Assembly (NCBI GenBank): GCA_041725955.1
Contig: JBGRQE010000006.1
Coordinates: forward strand, 37,593 to 101,592
Direction: 5' to 3'
Origin: Bacteroidales bacterium
GTDB taxonomy: Bacteria; Bacteroidota; Bacteroidia; Bacteroidales; JBGRPZ01
Length of the DNA: 64,000 bases
The notes under the pieces are model-generated. The model was not told the origin of the DNA and ran no database searches. It saw only the letters and a program-made list of their open reading frames with translations. How positions within the stretch are numbered: the stretch's first letter is position 1; each line of letters starts with the position of its first letter. Made by a program: the position numbers and the translations under genes. Positions 1 to 9,964 of the stretch are shown here, one piece after another.

Positions 1-480
<480 letters not shown>

Positions 481-567
481 TTAATCTTGATAAAAGCTTT
501 GTGTTTAAAGCTGATTCAATTGTATTGAACAGTATTATTTCTTGTTTGGAAAAATATTTGCTTGAAG

Positions 568-2742
568 TTATCTTTTTATAAATTTATAAATATTGAATTC
601 TAAACCATTGATGGTTCTTATTATATAAGTTCCTGCTTGTAAGTCTTTAATATATATATTCTTGCTGTTATTTCCTTCTACGATTTCTTTGTATATTATA
701 TTGCCATATAGGTCTAATATTTCAATATGGAATGAAGTGCTACTGGCGTTTTTTAAGGTTATATTGCTAGAGGCAGGGTTTGGATATATATTGAAGTTAT
801 TATTCTTTTCTGAATTGATTATCTCTTCAATTTCAACTTTTGCATTACTCAATAAGGCGAAAGCATCAAGCTTGCCGTAACCCCACTTATTATTAGGTTT
901 ATCAAGGGTTCCTGTAAAATTATCTTTTACAGCACTTTTATAGATTAGATCTTTGATTTGCTGATGAGTAAGATTAGGGTTTTTCTCCAATAGAAGGGCT
1001 ATAATTCCCGTTGCAACAGGAGCAGCCATTGATGTTCCACTTTGAATACAATGCTTTTTGTCTTGACTTATCTTTTCTGAGCCTACATCTTTAATAGACG
1101 AAGAAAGGGCAGACATAACATATTGTCCGGGTGCTGTAATTTCGGGTTTTATTCTTCCATCTATAGTTGGACCTTTAGAGGTAAAATCAGCATAATCGCT
1201 TGGAGTATATTCTGATTTATTTACTTTCCCATTTTTTGAATTCCATGAGTTTCTATTGATATAGGCACCTACGGCAAGAATGTTTTTTCCTGAAGCAGGA
1301 GCACCTACAACAATATCGTTATTAAATTTCATGAATGAGTTGTCAACAGTAATATCCATTTCTTCTGGATTGTTGAAGCTATTTCCCGAATTTAACCAAT
1401 AATGAACCAAGCCTTTTCCTTTGATATAAAACTTCATAAAAACAGGAGAAGGACTTTCTGCTTGTTTAGTTAATTTTACATTAAATTCATTTACTGTAGG
1501 ATTTAACTTACTTACGGTTATGTCAATTATTACTTCTTCCCCATCAAAAGATATGGTTTTTGGAGTTCCTTCTTCTATATCTGAGATATTGAAATATTCC
1601 GACATCTCTAAATCTTCACCTGGATAGATTATTGTTTCTTTTTCATTTGCTTCAGTTCTATTTAAACCAAATGCGAATTTTAGATTTTTAGCATCTTTAC
1701 TTTCGTAAGTTCCATAAATAAAGGTTATTTCAAGATAAATGTAATTATACATTTCTATTGTTTTTGAAAAAGTCCACGACCACATATTGTCATTATCTTC
1801 TTCTTTTTCCATATGGATTTGTTTATTTCCTTCATTTCCTGCGGCAGCAACAAAAAATTGACCTGGCCTTTGGGCAATTAATTCATCTATCATAACAGCA
1901 GATGCATCAGATCCATCATGAGGACAATTGTCGGTTCCATAACTTGCATTGATTACACATGGCTTTCCTAATTCTGCAGCTTTATCAAGAATGTATTTTA
2001 CTGCTTCAGGCGATTTTGTACTTGTGAAGTCATATTTTACAATGATAATATCAGATTCTGGAGCTATGCCTAAATTTCCTGCTGCAATGCCAGCAACATG
2101 AGTTCCATGGCCTCTGTTGTCAAATTGTTCTATTGTCGAATTGGGATTGTCTAAGTTTTCTTCGATTTGTTCTTTGGTCCATTCCGATCCATAAGAAAAG
2201 TTTTTAGGACATTTTCCATTGTCTGCAGTTTGATCCCATAAGTATAAAATTCTTGATTTGCTAGGGTCTTTAGGATCTCGGAAATCTTCATGCTGAAGAT
2301 CAATTCCAGTATCAATAATGCCCACAATAACACCCTTTCCTGTATAGGGTTGTTTTAGAGGCGATTCTCCATGAATAACTTTGTCTGTGTTTGTGTTTTC
2401 AATAGCTTTTTCGCTATAACATTTCATGGGTTTGCTTGAAATGATTTTTTCAGTAAACTTCTGGTTTGATAGTTCTTCCAGTTTATCTGAAGCAATTATT
2501 CCAGTCAGAAAGTTTGAAGAAACTGCATATACTTCACCACCTAGTCTTTTAATTTCTTCTTTCAATTGTTTAGTATCACCTTTTACAAAGATGTAAAGTT
2601 TTTCTGTTTTCCTTTCTTTCTTTAGAATATGAATCTTTTGCTTCAGTCCGCAATCATATTTAGAATAATCTTGACTGAATGCTGAGAAAAACGAGAGTAA
2701 AAGTGCCCCAATTAATAGATGTCTTTTCTTCATAATATTCAT
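568..2742 (-). CDS. Subtilisin-like serine protease (peptidase S8) with signal peptide, I9-like propeptide and T9SS C-terminal sorting domain
   Basis: The catalytic triad motifs are VGIIDTGID (Asp), HGTHVAGIAAG (His) and SGTSMAAPVATG (Ser). The C-terminus, NIYPNPASSNITL...GTYIIRT, resembles a Por secretion tail. Confidence 0.9.
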   Translation of the reverse strand: MNIMKKRHLLIGALLLSFFSAFSQDYSKYDCGLKQKIHILKKERKTEKLYIFVKGDTKQLKEEIKRLGGEVYAVSSNFLTGIIASDKLEELSNQKFTEKIISSKPMKCYSEKAIENTNTDKVIHGESPLKQPYTGKGVIVGIIDTGIDLQHEDFRDPKDPSKSRILYLWDQTADNGKCPKNFSYGSEWTKEQIEENLDNPNSTIEQFDNRGHGTHVAGIAAGNLGIAPESDIIIVKYDFTSTKSPEAVKYILDKAAELGKPCVINASYGTDNCPHDGSDASAVMIDELIAQRPGQFFVAAAGNEGNKQIHMEKEEDNDNMWSWTFSKTIEMYNYIYLEITFIYGTYESKDAKNLKFAFGLNRTEANEKETIIYPGEDLEMSEYFNISDIEEGTPKTISFDGEEVIIDITVSKLNPTVNEFNVKLTKQAESPSPVFMKFYIKGKGLVHYWLNSGNSFNNPEEMDITVDNSFMKFNNDIVVGAPASGKNILAVGAYINRNSWNSKNGKVNKSEYTPSDYADFTSKGPTIDGRIKPEITAPGQYVMSALSSSIKDVGSEKISQDKKHCIQSGTSMAAPVATGIIALLLEKNPNLTHQQIKDLIYKSAVKDNFTGTLDKPNNKWGYGKLDAFALLSNAKVEIEEIINSEKNNNFNIYPNPASSNITLKNASSTSFHIEILDLYGNIIYKEIVEGNNSKNIYIKDLQAGTYIIRTINGLEFNIYKFIKR

Positions 2743-2757
2743 TTTTTTATAAAAAAG

Positions 2758-2817
2758 AACATCTAAGCTTAAGCTACCACTATAGTTTGATTTGTTGGCA
2801 GTTTAAGCTTAGATGTT
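2758..2817 (-). terminator. Long hairpin downstream of the GH125 gene (putative terminator)
   Basis: A perfect 15-bp inverted repeat, AACATCTAAGCTTAA (2758-2772) and TTAAGCTTAGATGTT (2803-2817). A T-run follows on the minus strand. Confidence 0.45.
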
Positions 2818-2868
2818 ATCAAATTTATATTAAAATTTCTATAGAAATAAATATTCTCTACAGATATC

Positions 2869-4317
2869 TTATTTCTTTAAGATTTTTTTGCGGAGTAGTC
2901 GAGGGAATTTTTCATTTACATGAATAACCATTTCACCAAACAATCCATTTGCCCATGCAAACCATGCACGACTGTATTGAGAAGGGTCATTATTGTCGAA
3001 CGATTCGTGCATAAATCCTGTATTGTTGTGAGTGGTTAAAAGATAATGTAAGCAACGCATAATCTCATCTTCATCTTCCGAAGTCATTGCTTGCATGGAT
3101 AAACTCATAGGCCAAATTTGATCTCTTCCAGTATGAGGACTTCCAATTCCTTTTGCTGCTGTTCCTTCAGAGTACCAGCCATTTTTTTTGCTTAATAAGA
3201 ATTGTCGTGTATTATTATAGATTGGGTCGTTTCTGTCTACCAGCTCAAAATAAGGGAGAGAAAGTAAGCTGGGGCTATTGGCATCGTCCATAAGATTTTG
3301 ATTCCCTAAGCCATCAAATTCATAGCAATATATTTTTCCGAATGAGGGATGATTATAAATTGCATAGTTTAAAAGGGCTTGTCTCACTTCATTGGCAAGG
3401 GTTCTTGCTTCGTCTGCAGTGGCAGGACTTTTGTTTGTGGCTGTTAGCATTACAGCAAGATTTTCCAATTGCTTTACTGCAAAAAAGTTGGAAGGAACCA
3501 AAAAGTTCCAGAGTGTGCTATCATCAGAAGGTCTAAAGCTAGAGCAAATTGCACCGCAGGGATAAAATGGGCGACCTAATCCATTATCGAAAGAGGTGTC
3601 GGTGGTTCTTGAAGTTTTTCTAGCATAAGAGTATGGAGTTCCTCCGTTTTTTCTTTGTTCGGTTTTAAATGTAGAGACAATGGTATTCATAGCATTCAAC
3701 CAATCTTCATCCATAAATGAAGTGTCTTGAGTTTCTTGCCAGTATCTGTATGCAAGACGAATTACATAGCATAATGAATCTACTTCCCATTTACGTTCAA
3801 AAACTCCATTTTTAGCTCTGGGTTCATCATCAGGGAAGGAAGCGCAGAAATTATCTGTTGATTCGCAAAATGCATTTGCATAAGGATCAAGTAAAACACT
3901 AGCTGCATGGCGGTTGATTAATCCCTTAATCATAGCAGAAAGCTTATCGTCTTTATTTACAAAAGGCATAAAAGGCCAAACTTGTGCAGAGGAATCTCTA
4001 AGCCAACAGGCGTGTATATCGCCAGTAATCACAAAAGTGTCGGGTTTCCCTTTAAATGTACCTTGAAAAACTGTAGTGTCGAGAGTATTGGGGAAGCAAT
4101 TTCCAAACATCCACTTTAAGGTTTCGTCTTTGATTTGTGATTGGGTGTATTCGATATAATCGTCAATTACTCTACTTCTAAATTTACGTTCCTCTGGCTG
4201 TGGGCGATTTGAAGGAATATCTTTTTCTCTAGCCATAGCTTTGTAAGACAATGAGGGAGCAACAGCGGCAGTAGCAGCAGATACTCCTAACACTTTTAAA
4301 AAATCTTTTCTTTCCAT
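2869..4317 (-). CDS. Glycoside hydrolase family 125 protein (exo-alpha-1,6-mannosidase type), Tat/Sec-type signal
   Basis: GH125 hallmark stretches are present: NCFPNTLDTTV, VITGDIHACWLRDSSAQVWPF and LLDPYANAF. The N-terminus, RKDFLKVLGVSAATAAVAPS, is signal-like. Confidence 0.85.
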   Translation of the reverse strand: MERKDFLKVLGVSAATAAVAPSLSYKAMAREKDIPSNRPQPEERKFRSRVIDDYIEYTQSQIKDETLKWMFGNCFPNTLDTTVFQGTFKGKPDTFVITGDIHACWLRDSSAQVWPFMPFVNKDDKLSAMIKGLINRHAASVLLDPYANAFCESTDNFCASFPDDEPRAKNGVFERKWEVDSLCYVIRLAYRYWQETQDTSFMDEDWLNAMNTIVSTFKTEQRKNGGTPYSYARKTSRTTDTSFDNGLGRPFYPCGAICSSFRPSDDSTLWNFLVPSNFFAVKQLENLAVMLTATNKSPATADEARTLANEVRQALLNYAIYNHPSFGKIYCYEFDGLGNQNLMDDANSPSLLSLPYFELVDRNDPIYNNTRQFLLSKKNGWYSEGTAAKGIGSPHTGRDQIWPMSLSMQAMTSEDEDEIMRCLHYLLTTHNNTGFMHESFDNNDPSQYSRAWFAWANGLFGEMVIHVNEKFPRLLRKKILKK

Positions 4318-4456
4318 AGGGGGTAGTCCTTGTATGACAAAATTTTGATGTACTCTTCAAGAGCACATAAGTTTATAAGTGTTTTCCAATTTTATCTTAA
4401 AATTATAATTAATGATTGATATAAGACTGTTTTTAGTTGAGGTAGTTTTGTTTTTT

Positions 4457-4498
4457 AAATAAAAAAGCGACTTTGCCATTTTTTGGCAAAGTCGCTTT
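4457..4498 (-). terminator. Rho-independent terminator after rmlC
   Basis: A 15-bp stem, AAAGCGACTTTGCCA / TGGCAAAGTCGCTTT, with a 5-nt loop. A T-rich run follows on the minus strand. Confidence 0.7.
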
Positions 4499-4536
4499 TA
4501 TATGTTTTAAGCTACTTTAGCTATTCTAGAATAAAA

Positions 4537-5079
4537 TTACCATTTGATTTCAGAGAAATTATAGTTCTTTTTATCTTTTTCCGAAAGCTTTATGTCTTCA
4601 CTTGGAATACGCCAGTCGATAGCTAGTTCCGGATCATTATATTTAATACCCATTTCCTGATCGGGGTAGTAATAATTGTCACATTTATAGGAGAAAACGG
4701 CATAATCACTTAATACAACAAATCCATGAGCAAAGCCACGGGGAACATACATCTGATGTTTGTTTTTTTCGGAAAGTACAGCTGCAACATGTTGTTTAAA
4801 TGTTGGTGAATTGGGTCTAATATCTACAGCTACATCTAGCACTTCTCCAACAATAACTCTAACTAACTTTGCTTGAGCGTAGCCATCTTTCTGACTGTGT
4901 AATCCTCTAAGTACACCATATAATGAAGAAGATTCGTTGTCTTGAACGAAATTTATATTTCCAATTTCTTTTTTGAAAATGTCCTCTCTATAGGTTTCAG
5001 CAAAATAACCTCTGTGATCACCAAATATTTTGGGCTGAATAATCTTAACTTCTGGGATTTCAGTATCTATTATTTTCAT
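4537..5079 (-). CDS. rfbC: dTDP-4-dehydrorhamnose 3,5-epimerase
   Basis: The protein is 180 aa and carries the RmlC motifs [12 protein letters not shown] and VPRGFAHGF. It overlaps the rfbA stop by 4 nt. Confidence 0.9.
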   Translation of the reverse strand: MKIIDTEIPEVKIIQPKIFGDHRGYFAETYREDIFKKEIGNINFVQDNESSSLYGVLRGLHSQKDGYAQAKLVRVIVGEVLDVAVDIRPNSPTFKQHVAAVLSEKNKHQMYVPRGFAHGFVVLSDYAVFSYKCDNYYYPDQEMGIKYNDPELAIDWRIPSEDIKLSEKDKKNYNFSEIKW

Positions 5080-5954
5080 TTGTCATCTAGAATTCGTTTC
5101 AGGTAGTTTCCGTACTGATTGTTTTTCTGTAGTTGAATATGCTCTGCGAGTTTGTTCTTATCGATAAAACCCTTTCTGTATGCTATTTCTTCAAGGCAAG
5201 CAACTTTTAAGCCTTGTCTTTTTTCAATAGTTTCGATAAATGAAGCCGCATGCAGAAGAGATTCGTGTGTTCCTGTGTCGAGCCAAGCAAACCCTCGACC
5301 CAAGATAGAACAGTGTAGTTTTTGTTCTTTTAAGTATTTTTCATTTACAGAAGTAATTTCTAGTTCTCCGCGTTTTGATGGTTTTACATTTTTTGCAATT
5401 TCAATTACAGAGTTCGGATAGAAATACAGTCCTACAATGGCGTAATTTGATTTTGGATTGGCCGGTTTCTCTTCGACAGATAAAACATTTCCTTTAGTGT
5501 CAAATTCAGCTACTCCATATCTGTTTGGATCATTGACGTAATAGCCAAAAACAACAGCTTTATCTTCTTTTGAAGTTATATTTGCACTTTTTTGCAGAAG
5601 TTCGCTAAATCCATATCCGTAAAAGATATTGTCTCCAAGAACCAAGCAAACATCATCATCTCCAATAAAGTCCTCTCCCAGAATAAAGGCTTGCGCCAGT
5701 CCGTCGGGCGATGGTTGTTCGATATATGAGAACTTCATACCCCATTGCGATCCGTCTTTCAGGAGTTTTTTATATAGCGGAAGGTCTTCGGGAGTTGAGA
5801 TAATCAAGATCTCTTTTATTCCTGCAAGCATAAGAGTTGACAGAGGATAAAAAATCATCGGTTTATCATAAATCGGAAGTAGTTGTTTTGATACCACCTG
5901 AGTAACCGGATATAGTCGAGATCCTGCCCCCCCGGCAAGAATAATTCCTTTCAT
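5076..5954 (-). CDS. rfbA: Glucose-1-phosphate thymidylyltransferase
   Basis: The N-terminus, [18 protein letters not shown], plus LGDNIFYG and a length of 292 aa are typical of RmlA. Confidence 0.92.
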   Translation of the reverse strand: MKGIILAGGAGSRLYPVTQVVSKQLLPIYDKPMIFYPLSTLMLAGIKEILIISTPEDLPLYKKLLKDGSQWGMKFSYIEQPSPDGLAQAFILGEDFIGDDDVCLVLGDNIFYGYGFSELLQKSANITSKEDKAVVFGYYVNDPNRYGVAEFDTKGNVLSVEEKPANPKSNYAIVGLYFYPNSVIEIAKNVKPSKRGELEITSVNEKYLKEQKLHCSILGRGFAWLDTGTHESLLHAASFIETIEKRQGLKVACLEEIAYRKGFIDKNKLAEHIQLQKNNQYGNYLKRILDDK

Positions 5955-5986
5955 ATATAGTTAATTTTAAGACTTGTTAATAATTG

Positions 5987-6421
5987 TCATCCAGCCCATT
6001 CGTCTCTGCTGTTCTTTGATTTACGGCGTTTTTGATATTTTGATTTATTTCGTCCGAATAACCAATCCCAGAAGGATCTATGGGGATTTGTTTTTCTTTT
6101 TCTATTTAAGTTCTTATTTCTTTTTTTATAACTTTTCATAGAGGCTTTTGTACTTTTATGTTGCATTTTATAATGCCTCTTTAAGCCTTTTTCATATTCC
6201 TTCCATTCCTTACTTTTCTTTTTCTCTCTATCTGCTTTTAATGCAGCTTTTGTGTTCTTTCTTTCTTCTTTTTTAAACGCTTTTCTTGCTTTGGTTTCAT
6301 CCTTTACCTGGCTTCTTCTCATTTGCCTATAGGGGCCCTCGGGAGCACAAGACAGTATGCAGTAAAAAAAGAAGAGGAACATTCCTAGCTTTAGGGTGTT
6401 CCTATAATTTAGTTGCTTCAT
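5987..6421 (-). CDS. Hypothetical, extremely Lys/Arg-rich predicted lipoprotein
   Basis: A lipobox-like signal (LFFFYCILSC) is followed by about 115 residues dominated by K and R. I recognise no family. Confidence 0.5.
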   Translation of the reverse strand: MKQLNYRNTLKLGMFLFFFYCILSCAPEGPYRQMRRSQVKDETKARKAFKKEERKNTKAALKADREKKKSKEWKEYEKGLKRHYKMQHKSTKASMKSYKKRNKNLNRKRKTNPHRSFWDWLFGRNKSKYQKRRKSKNSRDEWAG

Positions 6422-6477
6422 TTTGGATTTAATATTATTTATTATTGCAAGTAGTAAGTTATATTTTACAGAAGCAT

Positions 6478-6930
6478 TTAATTGTATATACGCAAGGAAT
6501 TTCCATCATAAAAAGTTTTGTATTGAACAAGAGGATACTTGCCCCCTCCACTAACAATTGAACCATCAAGAATTAGATATTTCCTGTTTGTACAAGTATC
6601 AACAACCATTGGGTATTCAATAGTAAGATGGGTGTAGATATCTCCATTATGACATTTATCGGGTTCATTTGGCGGAGTTCTGTCAAATGCAACAAAATTT
6701 TTCCCGTCTACATTGTATACAATTATTCCCCTGCTTGGCGGTTTTGAATTTAAAAAGGCATAACCTCCAGCTGTGTTTAGTGATATGTATCTGGTGTCGT
6801 TTGGATATATAACGAAATTGGTAGGAGGTAGCTTTACATCAGGAATGCCTTCTTTTTTGCATGATTGTGCAAAAGCAAAGCCTGTTAAAATAATTATAAT
6901 TATAACGAATGCCCCAATTTTTAACTTCAT
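6478..6930 (-). CDS. Hypothetical small lipoprotein
   Basis: A lipobox-like signal (GFAFAQSC) is present. A KCHNG ... DTCTN pair loosely recalls a degenerate Rieske-like motif, but I did not assign a family. Confidence 0.55.
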   Translation of the reverse strand: MKLKIGAFVIIIIILTGFAFAQSCKKEGIPDVKLPPTNFVIYPNDTRYISLNTAGGYAFLNSKPPSRGIIVYNVDGKNFVAFDRTPPNEPDKCHNGDIYTHLTIEYPMVVDTCTNRKYLILDGSIVSGGGKYPLVQYKTFYDGNSLRIYN

Positions 6931-7157
6931 ATCCTTTGTTTTTAGGAATATAACGTACCAATTCCTGCGAAGTTATAAAAAACATTCAATGAAGAAACTA
7001 ATAATCTTTTTTGTTTGATATAATCTTTTTTCTTTGTGCGTTAAATTTATTGTTTTGGGTTCTTTTCTAGTCCTTTCATTTTTTGTTGTTTAGCAATAAA
7101 AAGTTTGAATCTTATATTCTAAAGATAATAGATGAATTACTTTTGAAAAAAAATACT

Positions 7158-8537
7158 ATGAATACTGTTTGCTCTGCTCATATTTTGGTCATTGATGATA
7201 ATGAAGATATTTTAAAAAGTGCGCGTGTTATTTTACGTCGTCATTTTGATAAAATTACCCTGTTGAATCATCCTCAGTATATTGAAAAATATTTAAAGGA
7301 AGGGGTAGATTTGGTTTTGTTGGATATGAACTTTAGTCAGGGAGTGAGCAGTGGTGAAGAGGGGATGGAAATATTATCTTTTCTATCCAAAAAATATTCA
7401 AGTATACCTGTTGTATTGATGACCGCATATGCAGAAATTAATCTTGCTGTTAGGGCTATGAAAGAAGGTGCTGCTGACTTTATTGTTAAACCATGGAATA
7501 ATGAATATCTATTACAATCGGTAAAAAACAACTTATTATTAAGCGAACAGCGTAAAGTTTTAGCAGAGAAAAATCAATCTAAGTATAATGATTACATAGC
7601 TGAACCCAATTTAATTATAGGAGAAGAAAAGGGGTTAAAAGACATTTTTTCTATTGTTAATAAAGTAGCTAAAACCGATGCCAATATATTGATTCTTGGA
7701 GAAAATGGAACGGGTAAAGAAATTATTGCCAAAGCAATTCATAATCGTAGTTTAAGGGCAAAAGAAAAAATGCTTACTGTTGATCTGGGTGCACTGCCTG
7801 GAAGTTTGTTTGAAAGTGAGTTGTTTGGTTATGAAAAAGGGGCATTTACGGGAGCTCAAAAAGCTAGAGTAGGTCGAATGGAAGAGGCTTCAAGAGGAAC
7901 TTTGTTTCTGGATGAAATAGGAAATATACCTTTGGAGATGCAAGTAAAGCTTCTATCGGTATTGCAAAGTCGTCAACTGACACGTTTGGGATCAAATAAA
8001 GTGATTTCAATTTCTCCTCGTTTAATTTGTGCTACTAATAGCGAACTGCAAAAAAGTGTAGCTCAGGGAAGTTTTCGTCAAGATCTTTTTTATCGTGTAA
8101 ATACTGTGAGCATTTATTTACCTCCTTTGCGTGAGCGTTTGCAGGATATTGATGACTTGGTCAACTATTTTATAGATAAATATGTCCGAAAATATGATTT
8201 GGGAGAAAAATATATAGTCGACTCTAGTGCCTTTGATGCATTGCGAAATTATTCATGGCCTGGTAATGTTCGTGAATTAGAACATGTTGTAGAGCGTGCT
8301 TTAATTTTAACTGAGGGCAATACAATTAAGAGTTTTGATTTGCCAGCTCAAGAATCCAATTTTAATTTTGGTGTCAATGAAGATGAGAATGATTTTAGCT
8401 TGAATCTTGAAGAATTGGAGAAGAAAGCTATAAAAGAAGCTTTACGTAAACATCAGGGTAATTTATCTCAAGCGGCTCGTGAGCTAGGCTTGGGAAGAAC
8501 TACGCTTTACAGAAAGATTACCAGATATGGAATTTAA
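7158..8537 (+). CDS. Sigma-54-dependent response regulator (NtrC family)
   Basis: It has a receiver domain (HILVIDDNEDIL ... LLDMNF), an AAA+ domain with GENGTGKE and ESELFGYEKGAFTGA, and a C-terminal Fis-type HTH. I prefer the ATG at 7158 over the track's TTG at 7083. Confidence 0.9.
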   Translation: MNTVCSAHILVIDDNEDILKSARVILRRHFDKITLLNHPQYIEKYLKEGVDLVLLDMNFSQGVSSGEEGMEILSFLSKKYSSIPVVLMTAYAEINLAVRAMKEGAADFIVKPWNNEYLLQSVKNNLLLSEQRKVLAEKNQSKYNDYIAEPNLIIGEEKGLKDIFSIVNKVAKTDANILILGENGTGKEIIAKAIHNRSLRAKEKMLTVDLGALPGSLFESELFGYEKGAFTGAQKARVGRMEEASRGTLFLDEIGNIPLEMQVKLLSVLQSRQLTRLGSNKVISISPRLICATNSELQKSVAQGSFRQDLFYRVNTVSIYLPPLRERLQDIDDLVNYFIDKYVRKYDLGEKYIVDSSAFDALRNYSWPGNVRELEHVVERALILTEGNTIKSFDLPAQESNFNFGVNEDENDFSLNLEELEKKAIKEALRKHQGNLSQAARELGLGRTTLYRKITRYGI

Positions 8538-9900
8538 ATCCTACAGATATCGTGTTTTATTTAGATTATTATTACTGGTTGTTACAATATTTTTGATTGT
8601 TTATGCCTTTAGTCGTTTTCAATGGTATGTTACCCGAATTGGCTTGTTGGTGATTTTAATTTTTCAAATTGTGGATCTAATTCGATTCCACGAACGTTGG
8701 ATAAAGAAGTTTAGTCATTTATTGGATTTAATACGAATGAACGATTTTTCGTATCGTTTTTCCAATTCAAACGAAGATAGCGGAATAAAGAAGTTTGAGT
8801 CGTCTATGGATGCAATTCTTGAAGCATATCGGAATTTACGTATTAATAAAGAAGCTCATTACCAATATTTGCTCACTGTTTTAGAACATAGTAAAACAGC
8901 AACATTATGTTTTGATGAAGAAGGTAAAATACATCTAACAAATCGTGCTTGTAGAGATTTGTTTGCAGGTGTGAGCTTGAGTAATATTAATACGCTAAGT
9001 TCATTTTCTCCTTTATTGCTCGATCAACTTAAAGGTGATATTATTGAGGAAAAGCAGATTATACATCTTAAAAGGAATCGTATACAGGCTTCTTTTTCTT
9101 TGTCAGTGACTTCTTTTTTTCTTCAAGAGCAATCTTATCGATTGGTTTCTTTTAGTGATGTTACAGCAGAGCTTGAAAATCAAGAGCAAGAATCATATAA
9201 AAAACTAGTTAGGGTATTGATTCATGAAATAATGAATAGTATTACCCCAATTACTTCTTTAAGTGTTTTGTTAAAGGATGTTATGAATACATATGTTCCT
9301 GGGCAAATGGTTGATAAGGATGATTTGTTGGATCTTCAAGAGGGTTTATCAACAATAGTTGACCGCAGTAAGAGCTTAACTTCTTTTGTGAAACGATATA
9401 AAAAGATAAGCCAGTTGCCCAAACCTGTTTATTCTAATATTGATTTAATTCAACTAGTAAAGCATGTAAAAGTATTGATGCAGGCTGAATTAAATAAAAA
9501 AGGTGTGCAATTAGTTATAAAATCATTTAGTAATAATTCAAAATGGATTAGTGGCGATCATGATATGCTGATGCAGGTTTTGATAAATTTAGTAACCAAT
9601 GCCTGGCATTCTTGTATTCATAAAGAAAATCCCTGTATCGAGATAGGGTATAAAATCTTGAACCGGCAGTTTATGCTTTGGATTAGAGATAATGGATCGG
9701 GAATGAGTAAGGAGGTTCAGGAAAATATTTTTGTTCCTTTTTTTACTACTAAAAAGTCGGGTTCGGGTATTGGGTTAAGCTTGTCTAAAGAGATATTAAG
9801 ATTACATAATGCTTCTATTCATGTTGAATCAGAAATAAATAAAGGAAGTTGTTTTACCCTTGGATTTGAATTATTATCTGATGAAAATGTGAAGGAATAA
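8527..9900 (+). CDS. Sensor histidine kinase (membrane-anchored, PAS-like region)
   Basis: It has two N-terminal hydrophobic segments, the H-box LIHEIMNSITPI, the N-box LINLVTNAWHS and the G-box GSGIGLSLSKEI. It overlaps the response regulator stop by 11 nt. Confidence 0.88.
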   Translation: MEFKSYRYRVLFRLLLLVVTIFLIVYAFSRFQWYVTRIGLLVILIFQIVDLIRFHERWIKKFSHLLDLIRMNDFSYRFSNSNEDSGIKKFESSMDAILEAYRNLRINKEAHYQYLLTVLEHSKTATLCFDEEGKIHLTNRACRDLFAGVSLSNINTLSSFSPLLLDQLKGDIIEEKQIIHLKRNRIQASFSLSVTSFFLQEQSYRLVSFSDVTAELENQEQESYKKLVRVLIHEIMNSITPITSLSVLLKDVMNTYVPGQMVDKDDLLDLQEGLSTIVDRSKSLTSFVKRYKKISQLPKPVYSNIDLIQLVKHVKVLMQAELNKKGVQLVIKSFSNNSKWISGDHDMLMQVLINLVTNAWHSCIHKENPCIEIGYKILNRQFMLWIRDNGSGMSKEVQENIFVPFFTTKKSGSGIGLSLSKEILRLHNASIHVESEINKGSCFTLGFELLSDENVKE

Positions 9901-9964
9901 TATCCTTATGATTTTCGTTAATTAATTATTTAATTTTGGAGGGAATTTAGAAAAGATATTTGGG

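Noticed and set aside
7083-7157. N-terminal extensions from TTG or GTG starts in the track. This one is an example, and others start at 15527, 16902, 21400, 25580, 31787, 33261, 43205, 46805, 57542, 60908 and 62785.
   Set aside because: In each case a downstream in-frame ATG gives a canonical N-terminus: a signal peptide, a lipobox or the start of a family domain. The extension adds non-homologous residues.
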